Shown: positions 27,037 to 37,999 of the stretch, one piece after another
Layout of the letters: each line of letters starts with the position of its first letter
Position numbering within the stretch: the first letter of the stretch is position 1
From: a virus
DNA length: 64,000 bases
Direction: 5' to 3' (one strand)
IMG/VR virus record: IMGVR_UViG_3300033146_001382
Coordinates: 1-64,000 of that record
Made by a program: the position numbers and the translations under genes
The notes under the pieces: model-generated
What the model saw: only the letters and a program-made list of their open reading frames with translations
What the model was told of the DNA's origin: nothing
Database searches by the model: none

Positions 27037-27432
27037 ATGATTATGTTTTTAAGACAACAACTAGATAAAAGAAACAATATAAAAAATAAAATAAATGAGT
27101 TGAGTGCGTGGGTACTTAAAGTGGTACCTTCAGACAAACTAGTATCATTACTATTAGTACAGTTTGATGAGTTACAGAATATAAATTTATTAATTAGTAA
27201 AGTAAACAATCAAACTGAAGTAAATATAGGTGGTACTACTATTAGTTTAGCTACTGCTATAGAAATACGTAGTACTATTAAATTGAAAATAGATTTAATA
27301 ACTAGTTTAATAACTACTAACACTAATTTAGATATAACTAGTTTATTGGATCAGCGAGATAACTTTCTAGCTGAATACAATAGTATAGATGGAGTAATTA
27401 GAGTCACAGATTGGAATATTAAATTAGATTAA
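27037..27432 (+). CDS. DIP1984-family-like coiled-coil protein
   Basis: Helical pattern with SLATAIEIR...D..I..TDW. Confidence 0.5.
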   Translation: MIMFLRQQLDKRNNIKNKINELSAWVLKVVPSDKLVSLLLVQFDELQNINLLISKVNNQTEVNIGGTTISLATAIEIRSTIKLKIDLITSLITTNTNLDITSLLDQRDNFLAEYNSIDGVIRVTDWNIKLD

Positions 27433-27545
27433 AGGGGATATTTATGGATAAGGCTTATGATAAACAAGCACTACTAGGTTTGACAGATTGGGATATGTAT
27501 TGGACTGTAATTAGAATTCTAAAGAATAAATAAGGAATTAATACT

Positions 27546-28124
27546 ATGGCATTAATAGTAATTAGTGGTAAAGCAAGAGCTGGTAAAGACACATTTGGTA
27601 AGATTTTACAAGCTAAATTAAAAGATAATTATTTTATAATGGCGTTTGCTAATGAGTTAAAACGCAGACTTAAGAAGGATTTTGATTTATCTAATAGTCA
27701 GCTATATGGTGACTTAAAGGAAGTACCAGATAAAAGATATAGAAAACCTACAGATGAGGATAAGGTGATTTATTGGACACCAAGAGAAATAATGCAGTTT
27801 ATAGGTACTGATACTTTTAGGGCTATAGATGATAATTTTTGGGTTAATCAGTTATTTAAGTATGTTACTAGAAATAACTTAAAAAATGTAATTATAACTG
27901 ATGGTAGATTTCCTACTGAAATTGAGGCAGTTAAATCCAGGGGAGGAATTCATATCAGGGTAGATAGACCTGATGCACAAGAAATATGTGGCAGCTTACA
28001 TTCTTCTGAAACCTCATTAGATACGTATGATGATATAGATTTCATTGTGAATAATAATAGTACTATTACAGCTTTAGAGGTGATAGCTGAAGAAATTATA
28101 AAGGAGATAGAAAATGGAAAATAA
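27546..28124 (+). CDS. Deoxynucleoside monophosphate kinase
   Basis: ISGKARAGKDT, FANELK, REIMQFIGTD, ITDGRFPTE, HSSE. Confidence 0.92.
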   Translation: MALIVISGKARAGKDTFGKILQAKLKDNYFIMAFANELKRRLKKDFDLSNSQLYGDLKEVPDKRYRKPTDEDKVIYWTPREIMQFIGTDTFRAIDDNFWVNQLFKYVTRNNLKNVIITDGRFPTEIEAVKSRGGIHIRVDRPDAQEICGSLHSSETSLDTYDDIDFIVNNNSTITALEVIAEEIIKEIENGK

Positions 28125-28470
28125 TGAATTTAACGTAGGTATTGAAATTAAAACAATTAAGAACGCTAGTATTAGTAGGTATAGTGATGGGTATAATTAT
28201 GCTAGTATATCATCTAAAGTGGCTGATAATGAGTATATGAGTGTTCATTATGAATGGAAAGGTAATCAGATTCCTGAGTTTGCTCTAAATGTTATGGAGG
28301 TAATGAAATCTTTAGGTAAGGAAGAAGCATCAAAAAATAATGAGTATGCTGCTTCTTTGGAGAGAGCCGGTAATTTTTTTATTGCTCAGGCAGCAAAAAT
28401 GAAAGATGAGGAAGATCCTAAGAATAAAAAGAAGGATACTAAAAAAGATACTAAAAAAGAAAAATGCTAA
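28114..28470 (+). CDS. Hypothetical protein with Lys/Asp tail
   Basis: ORF; AAGGAG RBS. Confidence 0.65.
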   Translation: MENNEFNVGIEIKTIKNASISRYSDGYNYASISSKVADNEYMSVHYEWKGNQIPEFALNVMEVMKSLGKEEASKNNEYAASLERAGNFFIAQAAKMKDEEDPKNKKKDTKKDTKKEKC

Positions 28471-28485
28471 TATAAGGGAGGTAAT

Positions 28486-28731
28486 ATGCCTATTAGTGAA
28501 AGTGAGTTTAGGGAGCCAAAATTTACTAGATACCAAGAGAGGTATCCTATGACTTACAATAAAAATGAGAGGTACACTGCTACTGTAGTTAATCCTAAAA
28601 TTTTACAAGCGAGAGTAAATAGTATTGATGGTAGTGGTTGGAAATTACCAGGGTACAATCCAAATCATAACTCAATATCAGTAGAGCGTGTGAATTTAAC
28701 TACAGAGTCACCTACATTCAGACCCTATTAG
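28486..28731 (+). CDS. Hypothetical protein
   Basis: GGGAGG RBS. Confidence 0.65.
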   Translation: MPISESEFREPKFTRYQERYPMTYNKNERYTATVVNPKILQARVNSIDGSGWKLPGYNPNHNSISVERVNLTTESPTFRPY

Positions 28732-28751
28732 AATTAAAGGAATTACGAATT

Positions 28752-29321
28752 ATGGATATAGAACAAAGATTAGATGTTTTTAAAGATGAATTATCCGCTA
28801 TCTCTGATGGTAGAATAAGGGAATTTACTAAATTGTGTTTAGCTCAAGGGCCAGATTACTTTTTTACAGATTGTCCTGCTAGTACTACTGGTAAATATCA
28901 CCCCTTAAATGAGATTAGTTGGGATGGTACTATTATACATACAAAAAAAGTTTTTAATATTGCATATACTTTAGCACGTGGATTGGGCATAGAGCACAAT
29001 AGAGACCCTATTTTATGTGCTTGTATTATACATGATTTAATAAAGAAAGGTCTAAAAGATTCACAATGGGCTCAGAAAAACCATCCTCAATTAGCTGCTA
29101 GTTTGGTAGATAGGATTCAAAAAGATACTCAATTATTAACACCAGAAGAGTTTGATATAGTTTATAATAGTATCTATTATCACTATGGTCCGTGGACTAC
29201 TAAAGCTGTAGCAAAACCTATGAATGAGTACTCATTAGAGGAATTATGTGTATATGTTAGTGACTATGTAGCGTCTAAAAGATTTGTAGAAGTGCAATAT
29301 AAGGATCTAGAACATGAGTAG
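28752..29321 (+). CDS. HD-domain phosphohydrolase
   Basis: PASTTGKYHP...IHTK...IIHDL...HP...HYG...DY. Confidence 0.85.
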   Translation: MDIEQRLDVFKDELSAISDGRIREFTKLCLAQGPDYFFTDCPASTTGKYHPLNEISWDGTIIHTKKVFNIAYTLARGLGIEHNRDPILCACIIHDLIKKGLKDSQWAQKNHPQLAASLVDRIQKDTQLLTPEEFDIVYNSIYYHYGPWTTKAVAKPMNEYSLEELCVYVSDYVASKRFVEVQYKDLEHE

Positions 29322-29712
29322 TACTAAATATTTAGATGAATTCTTACTAGATGACAGAGGTAAGATAACCAAAGACGTCATGGACACCATTAAAGATTAC
29401 TGCGGATTATTTGCATTTGTGATGTCTATATGTAATGATCAAATATTATCTGACCAAGCTAAAGCTGATTTGATTAGAAATATTGTAGAGTCGTCGTTAA
29501 AGTTCATGAGTAAGCGTTATCTTACTAATCTAAATTTATATAATAAACAAGTTACTGATAATTTAAAAACTGGTAAACTTTTTGAGGCTCTATCTGAAAT
29601 TCCAGCCAAAATGCAGGAAGACTATGAAATGGGTATTGAAGAAGCCCGCCATTTTATATATACTGAAGTACGAGATATTTTAAAAATTTTAAAGATTAAT
29701 TTAGAAATATAG
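29314..29712 (+). CDS. Hypothetical helical protein
   Basis: ORF track. Confidence 0.65.
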   Translation: MSSTKYLDEFLLDDRGKITKDVMDTIKDYCGLFAFVMSICNDQILSDQAKADLIRNIVESSLKFMSKRYLTNLNLYNKQVTDNLKTGKLFEALSEIPAKMQEDYEMGIEEARHFIYTEVRDILKILKINLEI

Positions 29713-29722
29713 GGAGGTATTT

Positions 29723-30034
29723 ATGTCAGCTGATAATCATTTTGGTAGTTTAGGTACAGGAGAATTACGCCCAGGTGCTACACCCAGGAGATGGGAACCT
29801 GATGGAGGTGTAACTAGTTTGAATAATAGAATTCATAAAGAAAGTAAATTCGCTGATACACATAAAAAATTACCATTTTCTTTCCGTAAGCCACTGAAAG
29901 CAAAAGGTAGTCGTAGTCTAATTCAGTGTGATAATTGTGGGGCTATAACTATTGGTACTACCATTACTGTGGGCATTATATGTAAAAAATGTAATAAATT
30001 TTCATCTACCTCGGAGGTTTTGTTTGAAGACTAG
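29723..30034 (+). CDS. Protein with C-terminal Zn ribbon
   Basis: CDNCG...CKKC; GGGAGG RBS. Confidence 0.65.
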   Translation: MSADNHFGSLGTGELRPGATPRRWEPDGGVTSLNNRIHKESKFADTHKKLPFSFRKPLKAKGSRSLIQCDNCGAITIGTTITVGIICKKCNKFSSTSEVLFED

Positions 30035-30458
30035 TACATTTAGGCAAGGCCGAAAAGGTAGACCTATAGGTTTTAGATTAAGTGAAGCCAGCAAAAGAGC
30101 TATTAGCGAAGCTAAAAAGGGTCAAAAGCATAAAGAAACTACTAAAACTAAAATATCTAGATCGTTACAGAACTACTTTAGACGTAAGAACCCACTTTCA
30201 GAGGAGTTAATTAATACTTATTGTAGAGTATCAGATGACGCCATGTGTGAATGGATGTATAAGGTTACTGAAGAACTTGATAATAGTAGAGATATACTTA
30301 CTCAGAGGGCTATGTTTAATAAATTAAGGACTGAGATCTCTTATGGTCATAATATAGAAGAAATATTTAGTCATGCTATAACACCTGAGATTCTTTTAAT
30401 GGCTAAAGAAGCTATTGAATCAAAAATTATTCTAGAAGATGAAAAGGATATTAAATAA
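30024..30458 (+). CDS. NUMOD3-like DNA-binding protein
   Basis: SEASKRAISEAKKG.KH.ETTKTKIS; likely TTG start at 30024 after GGAGG. Confidence 0.55.
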   Translation: MKTSTFRQGRKGRPIGFRLSEASKRAISEAKKGQKHKETTKTKISRSLQNYFRRKNPLSEELINTYCRVSDDAMCEWMYKVTEELDNSRDILTQRAMFNKLRTEISYGHNIEEIFSHAITPEILLMAKEAIESKIILEDEKDIK

Positions 30459-30986
30459 ATGGGCGGCCAAGGTAGTGGTAAACCAAAAAAACCAGTAATT
30501 AAAAAGTTAATAAAAGAGATAATTCCTACTAGTAAAATTTTCTCAGAAGATGAAGCTCAAATGTATGAAGATTTTATGGCAGCTTATTTAGCTGATTTTG
30601 ACGCTGATGAATTAATCTCTAGCGACATGGATGATATAATGAATTTAGCTCTTAATAAGGTATTATCGTTCAGACTGTTAAAAGAAAGTAAGGATGATAC
30701 TGATAGACAAATTGATATAGCAGCAACTCTTGAAAAATTAGATAAGCGTAATGAAAAAATAAAAGAAAGTTTATCTACAAGACGCCGTGATAGAATAAAC
30801 CCCAACGAATTAAAAGGATTTTCTATTGTTGATCTAGCTGTAGCGTTTGACCAAGAGGCTAAGGCAGCTCAAGCTAAGCGTATGGAAAAATTACGTAAAG
30901 AAGAGAGAGATATTTTAAAGAAAAGAGAATCATACGAAGGGAATAAGAATGACCTAGAAGAAACTAAACAGGATGACGAATATTAA
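30459..30986 (+). CDS. Probable terminase small subunit
   Basis: Helical protein immediately upstream of and overlapping terL. Confidence 0.55.
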   Translation: MGGQGSGKPKKPVIKKLIKEIIPTSKIFSEDEAQMYEDFMAAYLADFDADELISSDMDDIMNLALNKVLSFRLLKESKDDTDRQIDIAATLEKLDKRNEKIKESLSTRRRDRINPNELKGFSIVDLAVAFDQEAKAAQAKRMEKLRKEERDILKKRESYEGNKNDLEETKQDDEY

Positions 30987-33900
30987 TGACTAAGAAGAGG
31001 CACAATTTAGATGATTTAATGGTGCAAGGTAAAGATCTAATTTCATTTTATAGGGCACATCCATGTATTGCTGCTTATGAACTACTTGGAGTTGATTTAG
31101 CCCCCATACAACGGCTTGTATTTAGGGATATGTGGTTTAAGAGTTATGTTATAGCAGTGTGCGGGCGTGGTTATGGAAAAAGTCAGTATACTGGATCACT
31201 CATACATACTAAATTGGATGGGTTAGTATATCTAAATGAGGTACTTCCACCTATTCCAGCCCATTTAAGTGATGGTGAAGAGGAAGTAATTGATTGGGTT
31301 GATGAGATTTATACATCTGAGGGGTTTAGAAATACTAAAAAATTATGCCTGGAAAAAGGTATTACTGGAAAAAAAATCATAACTCAAAACTATTATGAGA
31401 ACAAAGGAAGTACTCATCACCCATTGTTAGTGTTAAATTCTAAGTGTTGTTTTGAATATAAAAGTATGGATGAATTTATTCCAGGGGACAGGATATGTAT
31501 ACAAAGAGGACAAAACACTTTTGGTAATAATTTAATACCTTTAGATGAGGCTTACTTAATAGGTTTATTTATAGGTGGTAGTTTTATAGGTAGAAAAAAT
31601 TATATAAAGATTACCACCACAGATAATTACATTAAAGACTTTTGCATTAATTTCTGTATCAATAATAGTGTATCATATAGGGTTGACAAAGATAGATGTA
31701 CTGAGGATGGCTTTAGTATTTATTTTAAACAATTCGTATCATTTTTTGATAGACACAGTATTGATATGGAGACATCTTACACTAAATCAGTACCATACTC
31801 TGTGCGTACTTCTTCTAGAGCATCTCAAGTAGCATTTTTACAAGGGTACTTCGATACTAATAGTACTGTCTATAGAACTAATGGTAGTGTGTCATGTTAC
31901 TCTGTATCTAAGAAACTGCTAAAAGAAGTTCAAATGATGCTACTAAATTTTGGTATAATAGCTAGACTAAGAAAAAAGAAAACTAAGTCTAAATTTGGTA
32001 AAGTTTACTTATTGGATATGTGCTTAGATGACGCTTTAAAATTTAAAGAATTAATAGGGTTTAGATTAAAAAGAAAACAATTTATATTAAATAATTATTT
32101 TCATAAAAAAGAACTTAACGTAGATAAAACTACTATACCGTATGCATTACAATTGTGTTACTCCATAACACAATACTACCATAATAAATATATCACTTCT
32201 AAAAAACCCCCATTTAACATACGAATTACTAATAAAAAAGAGATAACTTACGATAGGTTAACTAGGTTTTTATCTCAATGTGAAGATATTGAACTTGCTG
32301 GATTTAGTCTTATAGAGGTAAGAGAGGACATTTATAAATTAAAAGAGATACTAAAATATAATTACTATTTTGATACTGTTATTTCAATAGATGACTGGAA
32401 AGGTGATTGTTACGATTTTGAAATGAATATGGAAACTGATGTTGAGCCAAATTATTTTTCTAATGGGTTTATAGCCCATAATACTTTTATGTTAGGTACT
32501 TTAGCAGCATTAAGTTGTTTACTATACCCAGGCTATAGAGTAGGTCTAATTGGCCCAGTCTTTAGACAATCAAAAATGATTTTTTCAGAAGTTGAAAAAT
32601 TGTATGATCAGTCACCCATTCTACGAGAAGCTACTGCTAAAAAACCTACTAGGGGGTCTGATACATGTTATTTAAAATTTAAATCTGTAGCAGGCAAGAC
32701 TCCATCATATATCGAAGGACTTCCTCTAGGAGATGGTAGTAAGATTCGTGGATCTAGATTTTATTTAATACTTATAGATGAGTTGGCACAAATACCAGAT
32801 CAAACACTTGATATGGTTGTACGTCCAATGGGGGCTACAGCCTTAGCACCAATGGAGAGAGTTAGACGTCTAGAAGAGCAAACAAGGCTAATAAAAGCAG
32901 GACTAGCTGTAGAAGAAGACTTCCAAGAAGAGAAAGTAAATAAGATGGTTATGACTTCTTCAGGTTACTATAAGTTTAACCATATGTGGCGAAGAATGAA
33001 GGATCATTGGAAAATGATGGTAGAGTATGAGGCTAAGGGTGAGGAATGCCCTTACTCTGTTTGGCAAGTCCCTTATTGGGATCTACCTGATGGGTTTTTA
33101 GATAAAGCTAATATTGCTGAAGCTAAACGTATAATGTCGTCACATGAGTACAGTATGGAGTATGAAGCCGCTATGGTGTCCGATTCAGAAGGTTTTTTTA
33201 AAGCTTCTTTATTAGAAGAATGTACTATAGACTCTGATTTTACTACTCTTCATAAAGGTGATCCAAATAAGAGTTATGTAATTGGTGTAGACCCTAATCA
33301 AGGGGGATCAGCTAGTTGTGGTGTTATAGTTACTGAAATGGGTAAACCTAACAAAATTGTAAGTGTGTTAGAATTGATGTCAAAGACTACTCAGGGATTG
33401 ACACAAGCAGTGCAATCTTTATGTGATCAGTATAAAGTAATAAGAATATTTATGGATAGAGGTGGTGGAGGTAAAGCCATCATGGATCTACTAGAAGAAG
33501 GTTATGGTAATGTTGAACCTATTATAGATAGAGGTAATCCTGATAATATTCATAAAGATGGTAGACATATTTTAGAAATGGTTAATTTTAATCCTTCTTG
33601 GATTTCTGATGCCAATTTTACTACTAAATCTATGTTTGAAGATAAGAGTTTAAGATTTCCAGAATTAACTGTGAGCGCCAACGATTTAATGGCAAGGACA
33701 TATGAGTCTATAACTACATTAAAATCTCAATTATTAAGTATAGTTGTAACACAAACTTCTACTGGCATCTTACATTTTGATACTCCCACTAAAAGTATGA
33801 ATAAGGATTTATATTCTGCTTTGATACTTGCAGCACATGGTATTAGAATGGTGGAAAGGGAACTAGAAGAAGGGGAAGAACCCATACTACATAATGATAG

Positions 33901-34033
33901 TGGTTTATTTAGAAGTCGTACTGGTAGTCAGGGGTTTAATTACTTAGGTTCGGCTGGTAATATGGGCCTAGGGGCACCACCTATAGGTAGATTTGGTTTG
34001 GGTTCTGCCGTGTTACATAGGAAGAAAAAGTAA
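30986..34033 (+). CDS. terL: Terminase large subunit with intein
   Basis: GRGYGK/T Walker A, ILIDE Walker B, IGVDP nuclease, KDLYSA. Confidence 0.93.
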   Translation: MTKKRHNLDDLMVQGKDLISFYRAHPCIAAYELLGVDLAPIQRLVFRDMWFKSYVIAVCGRGYGKSQYTGSLIHTKLDGLVYLNEVLPPIPAHLSDGEEEVIDWVDEIYTSEGFRNTKKLCLEKGITGKKIITQNYYENKGSTHHPLLVLNSKCCFEYKSMDEFIPGDRICIQRGQNTFGNNLIPLDEAYLIGLFIGGSFIGRKNYIKITTTDNYIKDFCINFCINNSVSYRVDKDRCTEDGFSIYFKQFVSFFDRHSIDMETSYTKSVPYSVRTSSRASQVAFLQGYFDTNSTVYRTNGSVSCYSVSKKLLKEVQMMLLNFGIIARLRKKKTKSKFGKVYLLDMCLDDALKFKELIGFRLKRKQFILNNYFHKKELNVDKTTIPYALQLCYSITQYYHNKYITSKKPPFNIRITNKKEITYDRLTRFLSQCEDIELAGFSLIEVREDIYKLKEILKYNYYFDTVISIDDWKGDCYDFEMNMETDVEPNYFSNGFIAHNTFMLGTLAALSCLLYPGYRVGLIGPVFRQSKMIFSEVEKLYDQSPILREATAKKPTRGSDTCYLKFKSVAGKTPSYIEGLPLGDGSKIRGSRFYLILIDELAQIPDQTLDMVVRPMGATALAPMERVRRLEEQTRLIKAGLAVEEDFQEEKVNKMVMTSSGYYKFNHMWRRMKDHWKMMVEYEAKGEECPYSVWQVPYWDLPDGFLDKANIAEAKRIMSSHEYSMEYEAAMVSDSEGFFKASLLEECTIDSDFTTLHKGDPNKSYVIGVDPNQGGSASCGVIVTEMGKPNKIVSVLELMSKTTQGLTQAVQSLCDQYKVIRIFMDRGGGGKAIMDLLEEGYGNVEPIIDRGNPDNIHKDGRHILEMVNFNPSWISDANFTTKSMFEDKSLRFPELTVSANDLMARTYESITTLKSQLLSIVVTQTSTGILHFDTPTKSMNKDLYSALILAAHGIRMVERELEEGEEPILHNDSGLFRSRTGSQGFNYLGSAGNMGLGAPPIGRFGLGSAVLHRKKK
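31181..32482 (+). mobile_element. Intein (434 aa) with degenerate LAGLIDADG endonuclease
   Basis: Starts Ser66, ends FSNGFIAHN before Thr; removal restores GRGYGKTF. Confidence 0.92.
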
Positions 34034-34171
34034 TAAACTAACCTCTTTATTAAATAGAGCAATTACAATAATTATAATATGGTAGGGTTACAGTAAGTAG
34101 TGATGAAAATTAAGTTAAAGTTTACAAACACTGTTCCCTACCATAATTTTATATAAAAGGAGAATTACACT

Positions 34172-34378
34172 ATGGCAGATGATAAAGTAAGAAATGATTT
34201 TACTGCACCTCCTTGGTGGCTAACACCAGCTTCTAATGATTATACTAAACATAGGACTGGAGCTATAAGTTATACTATGGATGATTTAATTGGTAGGAAT
34301 GATACTACTAAATATAAGCCTGTAACTAGTGATCCTGCTACTGATACATCAGGGGCTGGAGATTTGCTAACTTCTTAG
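34172..34378 (+). CDS. Small hypothetical protein
   Basis: AAGGAG RBS; between terL and portal. Confidence 0.65.
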   Translation: MADDKVRNDFTAPPWWLTPASNDYTKHRTGAISYTMDDLIGRNDTTKYKPVTSDPATDTSGAGDLLTS

Positions 34379-34387
34379 GATTAAAAA

Positions 34388-36394
34388 ATGACAAATGAAA
34401 TTATAGATACACATAAACTTACTGCAGAGCTTCAACAAAAATATCCTAATGCTGGTATTCAATCAGTCGATATAGATGAAACTACTGGTAAATCTACTTT
34501 TACTTTAATACCTAATAAACAGAATCTAGCTTTTATAGATAAACCTGGAATAGCTATAAAACCACATGTTCATTCTGAATCAGCTGCTACCATTAGCCGG
34601 GATTTTATGTCTAGGCAGACGTTGGATTTAGCTGTAAGCAAAAGCCCGTATGATGAAGATCCTAAAGCTCTTTTTAAAAAAGCGGATGAATTATACTATA
34701 CTGATCCATTACTAGGTTCAACTATTAATATTTTAGCCTCATTAGCTATGAAAGGGTTTGAAAATGATATTGATGATGCTAATATAAAACAATTTTTTGA
34801 TACCTGGACTTTTGATGTTAATTTTGATGAGCTTTTGGAATGGATATTTTTAGATTTTTTTAAAATAGGTCACGTTACAACATATAAAGTACTTGCTAAG
34901 TATGAGCCACGTGTATCGCACCTTTCCCCAGTTCCTGGTCAAAAAACAAAAGTTTCTAAATCACCTAAAGCGAAAGCAGAACAAGAAAGATTATTTAAAT
35001 TACATGCTAAATTTGAAAATATAAAAAAAGCTGAAGTAAAGGCTATTGTGGCACAAGCTAAAGCTAGTGGAGTATCACAAAAGGATTTAGCTAAATTTGA
35101 ACAAGCAGCCAAGAAAAATATATGGTCTAAAGGCCATTTACCGGTAGCTTACACTGTATTAAATCCACAATTAGTCACTATTGAAGGTAATTTATTATTT
35201 GATAATGTAGCAGTTAAATTGACTCCCCCACAAGAATTAGGTCAACTACTAAAGAAACCTTCTTCTAAATTAACTGAAGAGGAGAAAGCACTTATTAAAG
35301 CTTTACCTAAAGAGATAAAGGCAGCTGCAGAAAAGGGTGGAGATTTCCAACTAGACTCTAGGCTAGTTAATACTGTAACCTATAGAAAACAACCTTATGA
35401 GAGATATGCTAGACCGAGAGCTACTAGAGTATTTGATACTATTAATTATAAACAACAATTAAAGAATGCAGATATCAGTACATTGGATGGTATTTCTAAT
35501 TATATACTGAAAATAACTATAGGTAATGATGAGTTCCCAGTCACAAAACAGGCTGAGTTAGAGACTGTAGCTAAATTATTTGATACTCCATCTAAATCAT
35601 TTGATGTAGTGTGGAACCATACTTTAGATATTCAAAAAATTGTTTCACCTGAGATAGAGTCTATTTTAGGGCAAGATAAGTATAAGCAAGTCAATGAAGA
35701 TATGACTGGTGGTTTAGCTATTTCTAGGGCTATAGTAGATGGTGCTGGGGATACTAACACAGCAGAAATAGGGCTTCTTACTAAAGGTATAATGGAGGAA
35801 ATTAATTATGCTCGCCGCCAAGTAGAAAAATGGATATATAAAGAGTATAGACAAATAAGTGAGGCTATGGGTTTTGATAGGTTCCCAAAGGTTAGATGGG
35901 ACGATTCAGTATTACGTGATGAAGTATTATATATGAGTACTTTAAGTTCATTAGTGGATAGAAGGATGCTTAGTTATAATACTGCTCTAGAGGCACTAGG
36001 GTTTGATTATGAGACAGAGCTTAAAAATATGCAAACTGAGCTACCGTTGGTAGAAGATGGTATTTTTGGTATATTAGGAAGTCCATTTCAGCAGGCAGCT
36101 ACAGGTCCAGGTATCCAACCTAAACAAAAATCACCTACTGGTACCCCTAGTAAGGGTAGACCTGCAGGGGAAACTAAAACAAAGAAAACTAAGAATACTG
36201 ATCCAAGTAAGCAGCCAGGAAAAAAACCAACTAAACCTAAAAAAACAGCATCATTAGTGGCTAACAGTGAGGAACTTAGAAATATGTCTAAAGAAGCTTG
36301 GAAGTATTTTTTAAGTGGAGCTAGAAGTGAACTTTCAGATCGTGATTATGTTAGTTTTTTGGACACTGTGAGTAAGATAAGGTTTGGTAGTTAG
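34388..36394 (+). CDS. Portal protein
   Basis: Position after terL, 668 aa, helical with basic disordered tail. Confidence 0.8.
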   Translation: MTNEIIDTHKLTAELQQKYPNAGIQSVDIDETTGKSTFTLIPNKQNLAFIDKPGIAIKPHVHSESAATISRDFMSRQTLDLAVSKSPYDEDPKALFKKADELYYTDPLLGSTINILASLAMKGFENDIDDANIKQFFDTWTFDVNFDELLEWIFLDFFKIGHVTTYKVLAKYEPRVSHLSPVPGQKTKVSKSPKAKAEQERLFKLHAKFENIKKAEVKAIVAQAKASGVSQKDLAKFEQAAKKNIWSKGHLPVAYTVLNPQLVTIEGNLLFDNVAVKLTPPQELGQLLKKPSSKLTEEEKALIKALPKEIKAAAEKGGDFQLDSRLVNTVTYRKQPYERYARPRATRVFDTINYKQQLKNADISTLDGISNYILKITIGNDEFPVTKQAELETVAKLFDTPSKSFDVVWNHTLDIQKIVSPEIESILGQDKYKQVNEDMTGGLAISRAIVDGAGDTNTAEIGLLTKGIMEEINYARRQVEKWIYKEYRQISEAMGFDRFPKVRWDDSVLRDEVLYMSTLSSLVDRRMLSYNTALEALGFDYETELKNMQTELPLVEDGIFGILGSPFQQAATGPGIQPKQKSPTGTPSKGRPAGETKTKKTKNTDPSKQPGKKPTKPKKTASLVANSEELRNMSKEAWKYFLSGARSELSDRDYVSFLDTVSKIRFGS

Positions 36395-36421
36395 TCAGTA
36401 CAAAAATTATGGAGGGGACTA

Positions 36422-37549
36422 ATGGAAAAATATAAATTTTATTTAACTGCTAATATAAATATGGCAGAAGAAACAGAGGATTTAAAAAAAGAGGCAGCAT
36501 CAGTAATAAATTTACCTCAGGGTGCGGATAAACAACCAGACTTGAGTTATTTTTCAGCTATATTGGTTTCTACAGGGACTAATTTAAATAACGCTTGTTT
36601 TTTAGGTAGTGAGTTAGTTGCTGCAAAAGACACTATAGTTAGTAAAGCAATGGATATAGAACATGAAGAGCAAGATATAATTGGTCACATTTATTCTAGT
36701 GCTTTTACTGATGATTCTGGTGAATTTTTGAATACTATAGAGCTATCTTCTACTGAAACAGCTACTTTAGATACAAAAGATATGCATATACAGATAGGAT
36801 CTGTTGTGTATAAAAATAGGTTTGCTGATATTGCAAAAGAAATAGCAAATAATGAATGGTCTGTAAGTATGGAATGCTATTATAAGGATTTTGATATTAA
36901 GGTTGGTGACATGATTATCCCTAAGGAGGCAGCAGCAACATTAGGAATAGAAATAGCAGATGAGGCTATTTATGGTAATCATGCGAAGGTCTTTAGTAAA
37001 GGAATAGAGGTAGCAGAAGGTACAGTAGCCAGAGTATTAAGAGGAATATGTTTTTCAGGTTGTGGGATAGTTAAAAACCCTGCTAATCCTTCTTCAGTGG
37101 TTTTAGAAACTGCTAAAGATATTAGTACGGATGATTATTTAGTGTTTAATTTAGATTTACTAAATACTACTAGTAATGCTCCAGAAGAACCACAAACTAT
37201 TGAAAGTATTAATGTAACCTCTAAAGAGATAGAAGATAAACATCAACAAAAAGAAGTTTCTGATTTAGATTATAACGACACGGTAGGTATATGTGTTAGT
37301 TACAAAAAACGATTGGAAGATAAAGATGGTACGTTAGTACATGAGAAATGGTGTACTGAATTCTCGCAGATTTGTGCTTCTACATTTTTAGGAGATGCCT
37401 CTGACCAAGGTTGTCTTAGAAATAAGGTGCTTCAAACTGCAGCTTCATACGTTGAACATCTTTTTAAAAGTAAACGAACTGAGGATATTACAGTAACTTC
37501 ATTGGCTCGTTTACAGTCTGCTATAAATAAAGCAGATAAAGTAATTTAA
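36422..37549 (+). CDS. Prohead maturation protease
   Basis: DIEHEEQDIIGH...WSVSMEC...FSGCGIVKNPA. Confidence 0.8.
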   Translation: MEKYKFYLTANINMAEETEDLKKEAASVINLPQGADKQPDLSYFSAILVSTGTNLNNACFLGSELVAAKDTIVSKAMDIEHEEQDIIGHIYSSAFTDDSGEFLNTIELSSTETATLDTKDMHIQIGSVVYKNRFADIAKEIANNEWSVSMECYYKDFDIKVGDMIIPKEAAATLGIEIADEAIYGNHAKVFSKGIEVAEGTVARVLRGICFSGCGIVKNPANPSSVVLETAKDISTDDYLVFNLDLLNTTSNAPEEPQTIESINVTSKEIEDKHQQKEVSDLDYNDTVGICVSYKKRLEDKDGTLVHEKWCTEFSQICASTFLGDASDQGCLRNKVLQTAASYVEHLFKSKRTEDITVTSLARLQSAINKADKVI

Positions 37550-37573
37550 CTATTAGTATAAGGAGGAGTTAAT

Positions 37574-37999
37574 ATGCCACAATTAGGACAGGCTCAAACA
37601 GGTTCACTTAGAAGCACACCTAAGCAACTGAAAATGACAGCTTCAGATAAAGCTGCAGCAGTGTATAAAAATATGGGTAACAACCATAACGTACCATTTA
37701 TTTGGTCAGCTTCTGCAACTGTTTCAGGTACTGCAACAGAAGTAGAATTGGCTAACGGTCTTAAATTCTATGATATGGATTTAGCAAGTTATGCTGTTGT
37801 AACAGCAACACCTACTTCAGACCCAGGCGACACGTACTGGGTAGAACATAACACTAGCACTAATACTATTAAATTAGTAGTAGGAAGTGCTGTAGCTAGT
37901 GATGTAGAGTTCAATGTTATGTTTATGTTAGGCGCACCTATTGATGTAAGTACATTGAGTACTAGAGGTTTAGGCGCACCAGCGCAGAGTTATCCGTAA
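37574..37999 (+). CDS. Virion structural protein
   Basis: Beta-rich, in head operon. Confidence 0.65.
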   Translation: MPQLGQAQTGSLRSTPKQLKMTASDKAAAVYKNMGNNHNVPFIWSASATVSGTATEVELANGLKFYDMDLASYAVVTATPTSDPGDTYWVEHNTSTNTIKLVVGSAVASDVEFNVMFMLGAPIDVSTLSTRGLGAPAQSYP

